Of a DNA stretch of 64,000 bases, positions 27,522 through 39,155 are shown one piece after another (the first letter of the stretch is position 1; each line of letters begins with the position of its first letter). The position numbers and the translations under genes are program-made. The DNA lies in assembly GCA_902579395.1 (NCBI GenBank), contig CACHGK010000006.1, positions 1,104 through 65,103 of the forward strand, written 5' to 3'. Source of the stretch: an uncultured Alphaproteobacteria bacterium. Its GTDB lineage: Bacteria > Pseudomonadota > Alphaproteobacteria > Methylaequorales > Methylaequoraceae. The notes beneath the pieces were generated by a model that saw nothing but the letters and a program-made list of their open reading frames with translations, had not been told where the DNA came from and made no database searches.

Positions 27522-28169
27522 ATGGACAAAACTAAGATATCTTTTGCTAAGGCTCAATCTATTTTGAAAAAATTCAGGTATAAACCTAGAAACGAATGGT
27601 CTCAAGAAGATAGAATTTTATTTAAACTATGTAACTTTGCAGTTCTATCAAAAAAAAGATTGAATAATGTTTTAACAACACTTCAACGTTTAGCAAAATT
27701 AAGTGATAAGAGTCATTATAAATACAGCGAGCTTGATATCAAACTTATAAAAGAACTAATATTAGAAAATTTAGAGATATGTTTTAAGAAGTTCAAACAA
27801 AATATAAATATAATAAAAGAATCGGATATGAATAAGATACATAGTCATATCAAGAATTTAAAAGATGAAAACTTGAGGTTAGAAAATGAAATAAAAAGAC
27901 TAAATTTTATCATAGAAAGCTTTGTATCTGAGTTGAAAATAAAGGAAATAAGGGATGTTCAAGATATTTTGACGAAAAAAATCAAAACTGTTAATCGTAA
28001 TAAGATGAATAAAAAAAAAGCAGGAGATAGACTTAAATTTGATCAAGAAAGCATAAAAGAATTTATAAAAAAATGGGACGAGGGTTACACTACATTTGAG
28101 ATTACTGAAAGCTTTAAAAAAATTGGGGTAGACTTAGGTCAATCAAAGAAGAAAAGATACAAATTGTAG
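27522..28169 (+). CDS. Hypothetical protein (coiled-coil centre, possible C-terminal HTH); orphan
   Basis: 215-aa ORF with no family motif I recognise. It has a heptad-like segment (NLKDENLRLENEIKRLNFIIESF). The C-terminal FDQESIKEFIKKWDEGYTTFEITESFKKIGVDLGQSKKKRY loosely resembles a resolvase-type HTH. Confidence 0.45.
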   Translation: MDKTKISFAKAQSILKKFRYKPRNEWSQEDRILFKLCNFAVLSKKRLNNVLTTLQRLAKLSDKSHYKYSELDIKLIKELILENLEICFKKFKQNINIIKESDMNKIHSHIKNLKDENLRLENEIKRLNFIIESFVSELKIKEIRDVQDILTKKIKTVNRNKMNKKKAGDRLKFDQESIKEFIKKWDEGYTTFEITESFKKIGVDLGQSKKKRYKL

Positions 28170-28181
28170 AAGTCAATTTTA

Positions 28182-28655
28182 CTATTTAATGGCTTCTTTT
28201 TTTTTCTCATACATGCCAATAAAATCTAATGGAGCAATCATAAGAGGAGGGAATCCTGCTTCTCTTGTACAATTCGCAACAATTGATCTTAAGAAAGGAA
28301 AAAGAAATTTTGGACATTCGATTAAAAGAATTTTTTCTAATATTTCGTCGTTAGCGTTCTCGATTGTAAATATACCGCTATAAATACCTTCAACTAAAAA
28401 TAATATTTTGCTTTCTGATTTTGTTTCACATTTAATAGTTAATTCAACCTCATAAATATTCTCGCCATGGTCTTCTAGTTTCTTAGATTTTACATCAGCA
28501 TCGATATTAAATGTTGGATTCCCTTTTAAATTCCTCAGGGAATCTGGAGCTTGAGGGTTTTCAAAGGATAAATCTTTTAAAAACTGAGCATTAATTATAA
28601 ACTTCAAATTAAGGTTATTAGAATTAGAATTTGAATTTTTTTTTTTTTCGGCCAT
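28182..28655 (-). CDS. secB: Protein-export chaperone SecB
   Basis: QFLKDLSFENPQAP and ECPKFLFPFLRSIV motifs. 157 aa. Confidence 0.88.
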   Translation of the reverse strand: MAEKKKNSNSNSNNLNLKFIINAQFLKDLSFENPQAPDSLRNLKGNPTFNIDADVKSKKLEDHGENIYEVELTIKCETKSESKILFLVEGIYSGIFTIENANDEILEKILLIECPKFLFPFLRSIVANCTREAGFPPLMIAPLDFIGMYEKKKEAIK

Positions 28656-28726
28656 ATTTAATGATAGTATTTAATTAAATTACTATAATACATAAAAGAA
28701 GCATTACAAATCTATATATAATTAAA

Positions 28727-29413
28727 ATGAATAATTTTCCCTATTTTGATATCCTAATCCTAGCTATGATTGCTGTCTTTATAATAAACAGACTTAAAAA
28801 TACCTTAGGGAAAAAAACAGGTAATGAGAGTGATATTGTTGAAAAATTTACTCAAAGAAAGCCTCCTTTTAAAGAATCTGAACCAGATACAATTTCTGAA
28901 GATGGTTTAAAAGCACAAAGAAAATTATTAAAAACACAAAAGTTTCATTCAGATAAGAACATTAATTCCCTATTAAATCAAATCGTAAAATCAGATGTAA
29001 ATTTCGATATGAACTCGTTTATTGATGGTGCTAAAAAGGCATTCGAATATATTCTCACCCAATTCTCTAAAAACGATATTACATCTCTTAAAAATCTTGT
29101 CAGTAAAGAAATTTTCAAAGAATTTAGTAAACAAATAGAACAAAGAGAAAAAGTTTCTGAAAAATTAGAAATAACGGTCATAAGTGTTAAAGACCCTAAA
29201 GTTATAGATGTTTCTGTTAAAAATAAACACGAAGCGTTTATTAAACTATGCTTTGATTCCGAGCAAGTCCAAATAACTAAAGATAAAAATGAAAAAATAA
29301 TCGAAGGTGATAGTAACCAAATTCTGTCTATAAAAGAAAATTGGACATTCTCGAAAAACCTTAAAAATAAAGACCCTAATTGGACATTAGAAAAAATTGA
29401 AGAGAGTAGTTAA
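28727..29413 (+). CDS. Tim44-like domain protein
   Basis: N-terminal TM segment, a C-terminal Tim44-like fold (ENWTFSKNLKNKDPNWTLEKI), and the conserved alphaproteobacterial position beside secB and mltA. Confidence 0.7.
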   Translation: MNNFPYFDILILAMIAVFIINRLKNTLGKKTGNESDIVEKFTQRKPPFKESEPDTISEDGLKAQRKLLKTQKFHSDKNINSLLNQIVKSDVNFDMNSFIDGAKKAFEYILTQFSKNDITSLKNLVSKEIFKEFSKQIEQREKVSEKLEITVISVKDPKVIDVSVKNKHEAFIKLCFDSEQVQITKDKNEKIIEGDSNQILSIKENWTFSKNLKNKDPNWTLEKIEESS

Positions 29414-30422
29414 TTTAAAATTAAAGTTCTTTTTTTCACTTTTACTTCTCTGCTATTCCGACATATTTGCAAACAATCTACTAGAAAGCAAATCTTTATT
29501 AAAAGAAGAACAGGTCAGAGAATTTTTTAATGTATTGACTAATGTTTGTGAATCAAAAAACTTCTTATCAAACGTCGAAAACCACAAGTCTTATCCAGAA
29601 TATGGGTTGGTAAAAGATTGGAAACAAGTATGTCAAAAATTAAAAAAACTTAACAAAGAAGACAATTTCATAGAATTTTTAATTAAAAACTTCAGAGTAA
29701 AACAAACAAATAAAACAATTGGCCTTTTAACAGGATACTACGAACCTACAATTAATGTCTCTCATAATAATGACCAAATCTTTAGATTTCCAATATTGAA
29801 AAAAAATAAATATTATTTAGGAAGGTCTAGACAATATATAAAAAATAATTTTGAACTAAAAGATGTACTTCTCTGGACAGACGATATTGTAGATCTTTTT
29901 TTTCTTCACATACAAGGATCAGGTATTGGAAAATTTAATGATGGAACAACAATAAAAATTGCATATGACGGAAATAATAATTTGCCATACTCATCAATTG
30001 GCAAACACTTAATAAATAAAGGTTATTTAAAACCTGAAGAGACAAATCTTTTCTCCATCAAAGATTGGCTAAGACGAAACAAAAAGTTATCAATAGGTGT
30101 TATGAATTCAAACAAACGATATATTTTTTTTAAAAGCTTCAAATCAAAAAATCATCATCCAGTTGGAGCATTTGGAATACAACTTTCACCTGAAACAAGT
30201 ATTGCAGTTGATAAAAAAATATATCCATTAGGATTGCCATTCATTATTCTTTCAGAAGCTGAGAAAATGTATCTTCCAGTTGTTTCATTAGACACTGGTT
30301 CGGCAATCATTGGTCCGAATAGGGCAGATATTTTTACAGGTCGAGAGGATAAAGCTGAAGAAAAAGCAGGCAAGCTAAAAAAAAAAATTTATCTTCTGGC
30401 TCTAATTCCATATAGTAATTAG
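29397..30422 (+). CDS. mltA: Membrane-bound lytic murein transglycosylase A (MltA)
   Basis: LTGYYEP, FLHIQGSG and the 3D-domain DTGSAIIGPNRADIFTG. Confidence 0.85.
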   Translation: MKRVVNLKLKFFFSLLLLCYSDIFANNLLESKSLLKEEQVREFFNVLTNVCESKNFLSNVENHKSYPEYGLVKDWKQVCQKLKKLNKEDNFIEFLIKNFRVKQTNKTIGLLTGYYEPTINVSHNNDQIFRFPILKKNKYYLGRSRQYIKNNFELKDVLLWTDDIVDLFFLHIQGSGIGKFNDGTTIKIAYDGNNNLPYSSIGKHLINKGYLKPEETNLFSIKDWLRRNKKLSIGVMNSNKRYIFFKSFKSKNHHPVGAFGIQLSPETSIAVDKKIYPLGLPFIILSEAEKMYLPVVSLDTGSAIIGPNRADIFTGREDKAEEKAGKLKKKIYLLALIPYSN

Positions 30423-30424
30423 TA

Positions 30425-30934
30425 GTGGTTGATGATTGGGAAATATTTAAGAAATCTGTAAGTCCTATCAAAGATAAGACAAAGATTATTTTTAATAGAA
30501 AAATAAAAAAAAAACAAGCACTGAAAAAAAGCGAAAGTAATTTAGAAGATTTAGCTGGTCTCGATATCAAATCAACTGACAATTCTAAAACCTTAGAAAA
30601 GAATATACTGAAAAAGATTTTAAAAGGTAAAATTAGAATTTCAGCTACGCTTGATCTACATGGTTATTCTCTGAATGAATCTAAAAAATTAGTATTAGAA
30701 TTCATTAATAATAATTTTAAATCGCAAAATAGACTTGTATTAATCATCTCCGGAAAGGGAAAAAGACTTTCCGTTGCCGATGGGTGGGAAGGTGTTGGTA
30801 TTTTAAAAAAAAATATACCCATTTGGTTAAATTCGGTAACGTTAGGTGAAAAAATCGTTTGGTTTGATCATGCTCCCCCAAGTAAAGGTGGGAAAGGTGC
30901 ATTCTTAATTTATCTAAAAAAGGCTATAAGATAA
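30425..30934 (+). CDS. Smr-domain protein
   Basis: GTG start. Smr motif [20 protein letters not shown]...LVLIISGKG. Confidence 0.75.
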   Translation: MVDDWEIFKKSVSPIKDKTKIIFNRKIKKKQALKKSESNLEDLAGLDIKSTDNSKTLEKNILKKILKGKIRISATLDLHGYSLNESKKLVLEFINNNFKSQNRLVLIISGKGKRLSVADGWEGVGILKKNIPIWLNSVTLGEKIVWFDHAPPSKGGKGAFLIYLKKAIR

Positions 30935-32234
30935 ACTTTGTAAGGTCCGTATCATTGTAAATTTCTCCAATTTGATTTTGGACATATTTAGCGTCAATAT
31001 CTAAATCATTAGATTTTTTTTCAGATGCATTAAAACTTATATCTTCAAGTATTTTTTCTAAAATTGTATGAAGTCTTCGCGCACCAATATTTTCTACTTC
31101 CTCGTTAACCTTGGTTGCAATAGAGGCAATTTCTGAAATTGCCTCTTCTTTGAAGTTTAGCTTTACACCCTCTGTAGCAATAAGCTCTATGTATTGTTTA
31201 ATTAAATTATTTTCAGGTTCTTTTAAAATCCTTACAAAATCATCTTTTCCCAAAGCAGTTAACTCAACCCTATTTGGAAGTCTTCCTTGGAGCTCAGGTA
31301 AAAGGTCGGCTGGTTTTGATAAATGAAATGCTCCAGAAGCGATAAACAATATGTGATCTGTTTTTATTGAACCGTATTTTGTGCTAACTGTTGAACCTTC
31401 AATTAAAGGTAATAAATCTCTCTGAACTCCTTCCCTGCTAACCTCTCCAGAGGTTCCTGAGTTTTTCCCACAAATTTTATCAATTTCATCAATAAAAACT
31501 ATACCGTCATTCTCAACATTCGAAATTGCTCTTTTAATCAGATTTTCATTATCAATAAGTTTTTCAGATTCTTCGTCTAATAAGATCTCATGAGATTCCT
31601 TAACAGATAGTTTCCTTTTCTCTTTTTTTTGACCAAAGCCTTTTCCGAACAATTCTCCAAGATTAATCATTCCCATTGAGCCTCCTGGCATTCCAGGAAT
31701 ATCCATAGACTTTAGCGGAGACGTGCTTTTGGATGTTAGTTCAATTTCTATTTCTTGGTTATCCAATTCTCCTTCTCTAAGCATTTTTTTATATTTTTCT
31801 TTTGTTTGATGAGTTGCTGAAGAACCAACTAGCGCTTCAATAACTCTTTTCTCAGCATTTACCTCTGCTTTAGCTTTAATTTCATTTTTCAAACTATCCC
31901 TATTATTACTTATCGAAACTTCTAATAAATCTCTTATAATCTGTTCGACATCTCTTCCTACATAACCAACCTCTGTGAACTTGGTTGCCTCAACTTTTAT
32001 GAATGGGGCATCCGCTAATTTCGCGAGCCTTCTTGCTATTTCTGTCTTACCAACTCCTGTTGGACCAATCATGAGAATATTTTTTGGCAACACTTCATCT
32101 TTCAGAGACCCTTGGATTTGTTGTCTTCGCCACCTATTTCTTAGGGCAATTGCAACAGCTCTTTTGGCGGTCTTTTGACCTACAATAAATCTGTCTAGTT
32201 CTGAAACAATTTCACGTGGCGTAAAAGATGTCAT
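30924..32234 (-). CDS. hslU: ATP-dependent protease ATPase subunit HslU
   Basis: [17 protein letters not shown]-type N-terminus and Walker [16 protein letters not shown]. Confidence 0.95.
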   Translation of the reverse strand: MTSFTPREIVSELDRFIVGQKTAKRAVAIALRNRWRRQQIQGSLKDEVLPKNILMIGPTGVGKTEIARRLAKLADAPFIKVEATKFTEVGYVGRDVEQIIRDLLEVSISNNRDSLKNEIKAKAEVNAEKRVIEALVGSSATHQTKEKYKKMLREGELDNQEIEIELTSKSTSPLKSMDIPGMPGGSMGMINLGELFGKGFGQKKEKRKLSVKESHEILLDEESEKLIDNENLIKRAISNVENDGIVFIDEIDKICGKNSGTSGEVSREGVQRDLLPLIEGSTVSTKYGSIKTDHILFIASGAFHLSKPADLLPELQGRLPNRVELTALGKDDFVRILKEPENNLIKQYIELIATEGVKLNFKEEAISEIASIATKVNEEVENIGARRLHTILEKILEDISFNASEKKSNDLDIDAKYVQNQIGEIYNDTDLTKFIL

Positions 32235-32782
32235 TTGATTTTTTCTATAATAATATTTTCGTTAGTATAAATGCATAGCTCAGCAGCAATCTTAAGACTC
32301 TTTATTGCTATTTCTTCTGGTTTTGACTTAGAATCAGATAGTGCTCTAGCCGCAGCTAATGCAAAGTTTCCTCCAGATCCGATTGCCATCAATCCATCCT
32401 TGGGCTCTAAGACATCACCAGTTCCACTTAAGATAAGGCTTACATCTTTGTCCGCCACCAGCATCATTGCCTCCAGTCTTCTTAAATACCTATCCGTTCT
32501 CCAATCTTTCGCTAACTCTACACATGATCTCATCAGATTATTTGAATATTTTTCTAATTTTGACTCCAACCTTTCAAATAAAGAAAAGGCATCTGCTGTG
32601 GCACCTGCAAAACCTGTAATTACTTTTCCTCCTGCAAGCGATCTTACCTTTCTTGCATTAGCTTTCATTACTGTATTACCCAGAGTGACTTGGCCATCAG
32701 CCGCTATCACAACCTCATTGTTTTTTCTCACTGAAACAACAGTTGTACCATACCATCTGGTCGGATTATGGTTTATGTTCAT
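32231..32782 (-). CDS. hslV: ATP-dependent protease peptidase subunit HslV
   Basis: [24 protein letters not shown] (N-terminal Thr protease). Overlaps the hslU start. Confidence 0.95.
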   Translation of the reverse strand: MNINHNPTRWYGTTVVSVRKNNEVVIAADGQVTLGNTVMKANARKVRSLAGGKVITGFAGATADAFSLFERLESKLEKYSNNLMRSCVELAKDWRTDRYLRRLEAMMLVADKDVSLILSGTGDVLEPKDGLMAIGSGGNFALAAARALSDSKSKPEEIAIKSLKIAAELCIYTNENIIIEKIK

Positions 32783-32853
32783 TAAATTTTAGCCTCATTG
32801 ATAAATTATTAATAATCTATATATTTTAGAATTAATATCCAGTAAATTTACAT

Positions 32854-33441
32854 ATGAGAAAATATTCTGTAAATAGAAAAACTAAAGAAACTGAAATTCT
32901 GGTAGATATAAATCTTGATGGAAGGGGAGAAAGTCAAATTAATACTGGAATTGGATTCCTAGACCACATGTTAGATCAGCTATCAAAACACAGCCTAATA
33001 GATGTTACAATTAAAGCTAAAGGTGACCTTCACGTAGACTATCACCATACAACTGAAGACAGTGCTTTGGCACTTGGAGAATCTTTTACAAAAGCTCTCG
33101 GTGATAGAAAGGGCATACTTAGGTTTGGTCAGGCACTATCAGCAATGGATGAAACTCTTTCAAGGGTAGTTGTTGACTGCTCTAATCGACCTTATCTAGT
33201 CTGGAAAGTTGACTTATCAATCTCCCAATTAGGAGAGATGGATACAGAATTATTTAAGGAGTGGTTTCAAGCTTTTTCTCAAAGTGCTGGAATTACATTA
33301 CATGTCGAGAATTTATATGGGGAAAATAATCACCACATTATCGAGTCTTGTTTTAAAGGTTTAGCCCGGGCTTTGCGTCAGGCCATTTCAATAGATTCAA
33401 ATCGAATGGATGAAATTCCCTCTACTAAAGGCTCTCTTTAA
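32854..33441 (+). CDS. hisB: Imidazoleglycerol-phosphate dehydratase HisB
   Basis: RKTKETEI..., GFLDHML, HHTTED and [14 protein letters not shown] motifs. Confidence 0.93.
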   Translation: MRKYSVNRKTKETEILVDINLDGRGESQINTGIGFLDHMLDQLSKHSLIDVTIKAKGDLHVDYHHTTEDSALALGESFTKALGDRKGILRFGQALSAMDETLSRVVVDCSNRPYLVWKVDLSISQLGEMDTELFKEWFQAFSQSAGITLHVENLYGENNHHIIESCFKGLARALRQAISIDSNRMDEIPSTKGSL

Positions 33442-33455
33442 GAGAAATTATACCA

Positions 33456-33812
33456 ATGTTAACATTTTGTATTTTAAAAAGTAAGAATTCTAGTGAAGGC
33501 TTAGAGGTTGTGGAAACTGGTTTTTCTCTTATTGCTTTCCTGTTTGGCCCAATTTGGGCTTTATTTAAAAAGCTTTGGTTTTATTCTATAATTGGAATTA
33601 CTTTCCTAGCCGGTTTTAACTTAATTTTAAAAATCATACACCTTCCTTTTCTTTTTTTTCTTATCTCATTAATATCTAGTTTATTTTGGGGATTTTTTGC
33701 AAGAGACCTACAAATACAATACCTTATTAGTAAAGATTATACTCCACTGAAACTTATAAATGCAAAATCTAAAGAAAGTGCTTTAGTCAAATTCCTCTCA
33801 GAAGAAAGTTAA
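33456..33812 (+). CDS. DUF2628-family small membrane protein
   Basis: FSLIAFLFGPIWALFKKLW pattern, and the conserved position between hisB and hisH in alphaproteobacteria. Confidence 0.6.
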   Translation: MLTFCILKSKNSSEGLEVVETGFSLIAFLFGPIWALFKKLWFYSIIGITFLAGFNLILKIIHLPFLFFLISLISSLFWGFFARDLQIQYLISKDYTPLKLINAKSKESALVKFLSEES

Positions 33813-34474
33813 TGAAAGAAACGCTGATAATTGATTACGGCTCTGGAAATATACGATCAGTATTTAATGCTCTAAATGAAGTGAGTCATGATAAAAACAT
33901 CAAAATTAAAGTTACTTCATCAGCTAATCACCTTAAACATGCTTCTCATATAATTCTTCCTGGAGTGGGTTCCTTTGAATCTTGCATTCGTGGACTTGAA
34001 AAATCCGGACTCAAAGAACAATTAATTGAAAATGTAATAGAGAAGAGAAAACCATTTTTAGGAATTTGTGTGGGAATGCAAATGCTCGCAACAAAAGGAT
34101 ATGAGAAAGGTGAATTTCCCGGGCTCAATTGGATTAGAGGAGAGGTTAAAAAAATTCAAACACCAAATAAAAACCTTAAAATTCCGCATATGGGTTGGAA
34201 TTCTCTAAAGTTTTTAAAAAGGAATAAATTTATAAATAAATTATTAGAAAAAATCAAATTTTCGAATGTCGATGAAATCTGTGCATACTTTGTACATAGC
34301 TACAACTTCAATCTAAAAAATGAGGAAGAAAAAATTTTAAGTACAAATCATGGAGAAGAAATTACAGCTATGGTTTCTAATAAAAATATAATTGGTACTC
34401 AATTTCATCCCGAGAAAAGTCATTATTTTGGACTAGCATTTCTAGAAACTTTTCTTGAAGACTGGGATTTTTAA
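33812..34474 (+). CDS. hisH: Imidazole glycerol phosphate synthase glutaminase subunit HisH
   Basis: LPGVGSF, GICVGMQ (catalytic Cys) and FHPEKS motifs. Confidence 0.92.
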   Translation: MKETLIIDYGSGNIRSVFNALNEVSHDKNIKIKVTSSANHLKHASHIILPGVGSFESCIRGLEKSGLKEQLIENVIEKRKPFLGICVGMQMLATKGYEKGEFPGLNWIRGEVKKIQTPNKNLKIPHMGWNSLKFLKRNKFINKLLEKIKFSNVDEICAYFVHSYNFNLKNEEEKILSTNHGEEITAMVSNKNIIGTQFHPEKSHYFGLAFLETFLEDWDF

Positions 34475-35199
34475 TGAATTTTTATCCAGCTATAGATTTA
34501 AAAAATGGACAGTTCATCAGATTAGAAAAGGGTGAATTAAACCAAATGAAAATTTATGGAAATGATCCTGTAAAAAAAGCAAAAGAGTTTGTTGATGAAG
34601 GAGCTAAATGGATCCATACGGTTGACATTGATGGTGCATTTGAAGGAATGAGCAGAAATATGGAAACTATCTTTCAAATTAAAAAAAATGTAAAATGTAA
34701 AATACAAGTTGGTGGAGGAATTAGAGATTTTAAAACAATTGAAAAATACATCGACAATAATCTTGATAGAATTATTCTTGGGACAACTGCACTAAATAAA
34801 CCAGAATTTGTCAAAAAGGTTTGTAAAATTTTCCCAGACAAGATTGGTATCGGTTTAGATACTAGAGATGGGTTTGTAGCAACAGAGGGGTGGAAAAAAA
34901 ATTCAAAAATTCATTTCAAAGAAATAATAAAAATTTACGAAGACTCAGGAATATCCGCAATTATTCTTACGGATATTAATAAAGATGGTTTAATGAAAGG
35001 TGCAAATTACACTTTATTATCAGAACTACTTGCTTTAACAAAACTTAATGTTATTGCATCTGGAGGAATCTCGTCACTAAAAGACTTAGAAAAAATTAAA
35101 AAACTTAAAACTGACAACCTTATTGGGGTGATATCTGGAAAGGCAATTTATGAAAATAAATTTACTGTTAATAATGCAATAAATATTATAGAGAAGTAA
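34474..35199 (+). CDS. hisA: ProFAR isomerase HisA
   Basis: [10 protein letters not shown]..., VGGGIR and SGGISS motifs, within the his operon. Confidence 0.92.
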   Translation: MNFYPAIDLKNGQFIRLEKGELNQMKIYGNDPVKKAKEFVDEGAKWIHTVDIDGAFEGMSRNMETIFQIKKNVKCKIQVGGGIRDFKTIEKYIDNNLDRIILGTTALNKPEFVKKVCKIFPDKIGIGLDTRDGFVATEGWKKNSKIHFKEIIKIYEDSGISAIILTDINKDGLMKGANYTLLSELLALTKLNVIASGGISSLKDLEKIKKLKTDNLIGVISGKAIYENKFTVNNAINIIEK

Positions 35200-35200
35200 T

Positions 35201-35983
35201 TTGTTAAAAACTAGAATAATACCTTGCCTGGATGTTGATGACGGAAGAGTCGTAAAAGGGATAAATTTTGTTTCACTAAAAGATGCAGGAGATCCTGTAG
35301 AACAGGCTACGATTTATAGCAAAGAAGGGGCCGACGAAATAACCTTTCTTGACATTACCGCCACACATCAAAAAAGAAAACCAATGATAGAAGTAATAAA
35401 AAAAACAGCAGCAAATTGCTTTGTTCCTCTTACCGTGGGTGGGGGAATAAGAGATGTAAAGGGCATGACAGAATTTCTTAACGCAGGTGCAGATAAAGTA
35501 TCAATAAATAGTGCTGCAATTAAAAATCCTTATTTAATTCAAGAAGGATCAGTGAAATTTGGCAATCAATGTATAGTGGTGGCAATAGATGCTAAAAAAA
35601 AGTCTAATGGTTGGAATGTCTTTATTAACGGAGGCAGAGTAGATACAGGAATTGATGCTATTAAATGGGCTAAAAAAGCAGAAAGTCTTGGGGCTGGTGA
35701 AATTCTTTTAACCTCGATGGATCAAGATGGTACCAAAAATGGATTTGACATAGAATTAACTTCAACTATTTCAAATAGTTTAAAAATCCCTGTAATTGCA
35801 TCTGGCGGTGTTGGTTCACTAGAGCATTTTCTTACTGGAATAAAAAATGGAGGTGCTTCAGCTGTTCTAGCGGCATCTGTGTTTCATTTTAAAGAAATTA
35901 CTATCACAGAAGTAAAAAAATATTTAAAATCAAATGGAGTTGAAGTAAGAATTGATAATTTTATAAAGAACCAATATGACTGA
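35201..35983 (+). CDS. hisF: Imidazole glycerol phosphate synthase cyclase subunit HisF
   Basis: TTG start. [15 protein letters not shown] and ASGGVG motifs. Confidence 0.93.
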   Translation: MLKTRIIPCLDVDDGRVVKGINFVSLKDAGDPVEQATIYSKEGADEITFLDITATHQKRKPMIEVIKKTAANCFVPLTVGGGIRDVKGMTEFLNAGADKVSINSAAIKNPYLIQEGSVKFGNQCIVVAIDAKKKSNGWNVFINGGRVDTGIDAIKWAKKAESLGAGEILLTSMDQDGTKNGFDIELTSTISNSLKIPVIASGGVGSLEHFLTGIKNGGASAVLAASVFHFKEITITEVKKYLKSNGVEVRIDNFIKNQYD

Positions 35984-36266
35984 AGATATAATCAAGAGAC
36001 TGACAAAAATAATAGATGAAAGAAGCTCAACTGCCTCGTCAAATTCCTATGTTTTTTCTCTCTTAAAAGACGGAAAGGTAAAAATTGCAAATAAACTCGG
36101 AGAAGAAGCTGTAGAAACCGTCACGGCATATTTAGCTCAACAGGATTCAGAAATAATTGAGGAGTCTGCAGATTTGATTTTCCATTTGCTGGTCCTTTTA
36201 AAATCATCAAACCTTTCATTTGATGATGTTTTAAATGCTTTGGAAACTAGGATGAAAAATGATTGA
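35976..36266 (+). CDS. hisE: Phosphoribosyl-ATP pyrophosphatase HisE
   Basis: [10 protein letters not shown]...KLGEEAVE...[14 protein letters not shown] pattern. 96 aa. Confidence 0.88.
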   Translation: MTEDIIKRLTKIIDERSSTASSNSYVFSLLKDGKVKIANKLGEEAVETVTAYLAQQDSEIIEESADLIFHLLVLLKSSNLSFDDVLNALETRMKND

Positions 36267-36624
36267 TATCAAAAATTATGACAATGACAATATCTTTTCC
36301 AAAATATTAAACAAAACAATTCCATCAAAAAAAATTTATGAAGACGAGAAGGTTTTAGCTTTTGAGGACATTAACCCTCAAGCACCCATCCATGTTCTAG
36401 TCATACCAAAAGAAAAGTTTTGTAGTTTGAACGACTTTTGTTTAAATGCCAGTAATGAAACAATATCTGAGTTTATCAGATCAATTGAAAAAATTGCGAA
36501 AATTTTAAAATTAAGCAATGGATATAGAATAATATCAAACATAGGAAAAGAGGGCGGACAAGAAGTTCCCCATCTTCATTTTCACATATTAGGTGGCAAA
36601 CAGCTAGGGAAAATTATTGATTAA
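36259..36624 (+). CDS. HIT-family (histidine triad) nucleotide hydrolase
   Basis: HLHFHILGG histidine triad. 121 aa. Confidence 0.88.
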   Translation: MIDIKNYDNDNIFSKILNKTIPSKKIYEDEKVLAFEDINPQAPIHVLVIPKEKFCSLNDFCLNASNETISEFIRSIEKIAKILKLSNGYRIISNIGKEGGQEVPHLHFHILGGKQLGKIID

Positions 36625-37403
36625 GATGAGTTTATCAGCAGACTTACTGGAACATGGTCCGAAGGTCTTTTTCTTTTTCTAAAGTCCTTAAAAATTCTGG
36701 CACTTTCTAGCTTTTTTGCCAAGTTTGAAGATGTTAAAATATGATCTAATCTTCTTCCGCGATTATTAGCTTCAAAATTAGGTGATCTGTAGCTCCACCA
36801 CGTAAAAATATTCTGAGGTGGGTTTATAAAAAACCTAATTGAATCCAACAACTTACACTTTGAAAAAATTTCCTTAAGTTTTTTTGTTTCAATTTCTGTG
36901 TGACTGACCACATTAATCAGACTCTTATGAGACCAAACATCATCTTCATTTGGTGCTATATTTAAATCTCCACAAATTACAATTTTTTTATTTTTTTTCT
37001 TTTTAAGAAATATAAGCATTTCATCTAAAAAATCTAACTTATGCTTGAATTTTGGATTAGAATGGATATTAGCTTCGTCTCCACCTGCTGGCACATAAAT
37101 AGACATAAACTCAATTCCATCAATTTCTAAAGATATATATCTGGCATCCTCTTTATCACAGAAATTTATGAAATTAATTTTCTTTGCCTCTTTTTTTGAA
37201 AGTATTGCGACTCCATTATATGAGGGTATGCCGTTAAAATATGAAAAATAGCCTTTATCTTTAAAAACTTTCTTTGGAAACTGAGAGTTAGTTACTTTGG
37301 TTTCTTGCATACAAAAAATGTCCGGTTTTTCCTTATCAAGAATTTCTAAGATACAATTAATTCTTATTCTAATAGAATTAACATTCCAGCTTATAATTTT
37401 CAT
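36621..37403 (-). CDS. xthA: Exodeoxyribonuclease III
   Basis: MKIISWNVNSIR, CMQETK and a C-terminal SDHVP motif. Confidence 0.9.
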   Translation of the reverse strand: MKIISWNVNSIRIRINCILEILDKEKPDIFCMQETKVTNSQFPKKVFKDKGYFSYFNGIPSYNGVAILSKKEAKKINFINFCDKEDARYISLEIDGIEFMSIYVPAGGDEANIHSNPKFKHKLDFLDEMLIFLKKKKNKKIVICGDLNIAPNEDDVWSHKSLINVVSHTEIETKKLKEIFSKCKLLDSIRFFINPPQNIFTWWSYRSPNFEANNRGRRLDHILTSSNLAKKLESARIFKDFRKRKRPSDHVPVSLLINSS

Positions 37404-38660
37404 TTAAGAGTTCATAGATTCAAAGAAATCTCCGTTATTTTTGGAGTTTTTGATTTTTTCTAGTAGAAATTCCATCGAATCTGTAACACCCATTGGCATT
37501 AAAATTTTTCTTAAAATCCACATTTTTGAAAGATCTTCCTTTGATACTAAAAGTTCTTCTTTTCTTGTGCCAGACTTCGTGACATCAATTGACGGAAACA
37601 CCCTTTTGTCAGACAATTTTCTATCTAAAAGTATTTCAGAATTACCAGTTCCTTTAAATTCTTCGAAAATCACTTCATCCATTCTTGATCCTGTATCAAC
37701 AAGGGCTGTTCCTATTATGGTAAGGGAGCCACCTTCTTCTATATTTCTAGCAGCTCCAAAAAATCTTTTTGGTCTTTGAAGAGCATTTGCGTCAACACCC
37801 CCAGTTAATACTTTCCCAGAACTAGGCACTTGTGTGTTATACGCCCTTGCAAGTCTTGTTATGGAATCCAATAAAATCACTACGTCTCTTTTATGTTCAA
37901 CAAGCCTCTTAGCTTTAGAAATTACCATTTCAGAAACTGCAACGTGTCTTACCGCTGGTTCGTCGAAAGTTGAGGAAACAACTTCACCTTTCACCGAACG
38001 AATCATATCTGTAACTTCTTCAGGCCTCTCATCAATTAATAATACAATTAAATAAACCTCAGGGTGATTAGTTGTGATCGAATGCGCAATATTTTGAAGC
38101 ATTACAGTTTTCCCTGTTCGAGGGGGTGCAACAATAAGTGCACGTTGACCTTTTCCTAGTGGAGTAATTAAATCCATTACTCTATTAGTTGTATCTTTTA
38201 CTGAAGGATCCTCTATTTCCATTCGTAATTTATTTTCTGGATATAAAGGGGTTAAATTATCGAAGTTAATTCTCTGTTTTGTTTTTTGAACTTCTTCAAA
38301 GTTTATTTTATCAATTTTAGTAATCGCAAAGTATCGCTCGGATTCTCTTGGAGATCTCATTTCTCCTTCAACAGTATCACCTGTTCTAAGACTGTTTTGC
38401 TTTATCTGCGATGGTGAAACATAAATGTCATCGGGCCCAGGAAGATAATTAGCATCTGGTGATCTTAAGAAGCCGAATCCATCTTGAAGTATCTCAAGAA
38501 CTCCTTCTCCGTAAATAGCATCATTATTTAATGCCATTTGTTTAAGTATTGAGAAGATCATATCCTGCTTTCTCAACGTTCCGGCATTTTCTATTTTTAA
38601 GTCTTCGGCTATTTTTAGTAAATCAGAGGGGTTTTTTGATTTCAGATCTTTTAAATGCAT
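37404..38660 (-). CDS. rho: Transcription termination factor Rho
   Basis: Rho N-terminal domain, the RNA-binding CSD (GFGFLR) and Walker A PPRTGKT. 418 aa. Confidence 0.96.
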   Translation of the reverse strand: MHLKDLKSKNPSDLLKIAEDLKIENAGTLRKQDMIFSILKQMALNNDAIYGEGVLEILQDGFGFLRSPDANYLPGPDDIYVSPSQIKQNSLRTGDTVEGEMRSPRESERYFAITKIDKINFEEVQKTKQRINFDNLTPLYPENKLRMEIEDPSVKDTTNRVMDLITPLGKGQRALIVAPPRTGKTVMLQNIAHSITTNHPEVYLIVLLIDERPEEVTDMIRSVKGEVVSSTFDEPAVRHVAVSEMVISKAKRLVEHKRDVVILLDSITRLARAYNTQVPSSGKVLTGGVDANALQRPKRFFGAARNIEEGGSLTIIGTALVDTGSRMDEVIFEEFKGTGNSEILLDRKLSDKRVFPSIDVTKSGTRKEELLVSKEDLSKMWILRKILMPMGVTDSMEFLLEKIKNSKNNGDFFESMNS

Positions 38661-38713
38661 AATTTCTAGGGGGAAAGGAAGAACTTATTTTATAATTTAT
38701 TAGTCCTATGTTG

Positions 38714-39151
38714 TCAAATAAATGGTTTAAATACAACCAAAAAAACTATTAATAAAAACAGTATTGTAGGAATCTCATTAATAATTCGATAAAAATTTTC
38801 TGACTCTTTGTTCCTTTTTGTTTCAAATTTCTTCCTTATTTTTGCGCAATACATATGAAAAATTGTCATTAACCCGACTAAGAGAACTTTTAAAACTAAC
38901 CACAACTCATGATTTATGTTTTGATGTGCTACCAAGGAAATGCCAAAAAACCATGTCAAATACAAGGATGGATTCATGATAAATTTCATTAATTTTTTTT
39001 CCATCTCCATAAAAGTTTTATACTCAGTCGAACCAGTCTTGGCTCTAGAATGATATACAAATATTCTTGGTAAGTAAAATAACCCTGCCATCCATGTTGT
39101 TAAAAAAACAATGTGGAAGTATTTATATATATTGTAAAAATTAATATCCAT
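38714..39151 (-). CDS. hemJ: Protoporphyrinogen IX oxidase HemJ
   Basis: KYFHIVFLTTWMAGLFYLPRIFVYH motif, 4 TM segments, and adjacency to hemH/hemE. Confidence 0.8.
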   Translation of the reverse strand: MDINFYNIYKYFHIVFLTTWMAGLFYLPRIFVYHSRAKTGSTEYKTFMEMEKKLMKFIMNPSLYLTWFFGISLVAHQNINHELWLVLKVLLVGLMTIFHMYCAKIRKKFETKRNKESENFYRIINEIPTILFLLIVFLVVFKPFI

Positions 39152-39155
39152 GCTA

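Noticed and set aside
27293-27529. 78-aa minus-strand ORF in the spacer after tRNA-Gly.
   Set aside because: Its I/L/K/Y/F/N-rich translation is typical of random AT-rich DNA. It has no RBS or motif, and it overlaps the start of the plus-strand gene.
32271-32792. 173-aa plus-strand ORF covering the whole hslV locus. Similar long antisense ORFs occur at 13463..13783 (amtB), 23617..24042 (ftsK), 53713..54201 (hrcA) and 59208..59648 (dapB).
   Set aside because: In each case the opposite strand encodes a protein with unmistakable family motifs. The antisense translations have no motifs and show biased composition.
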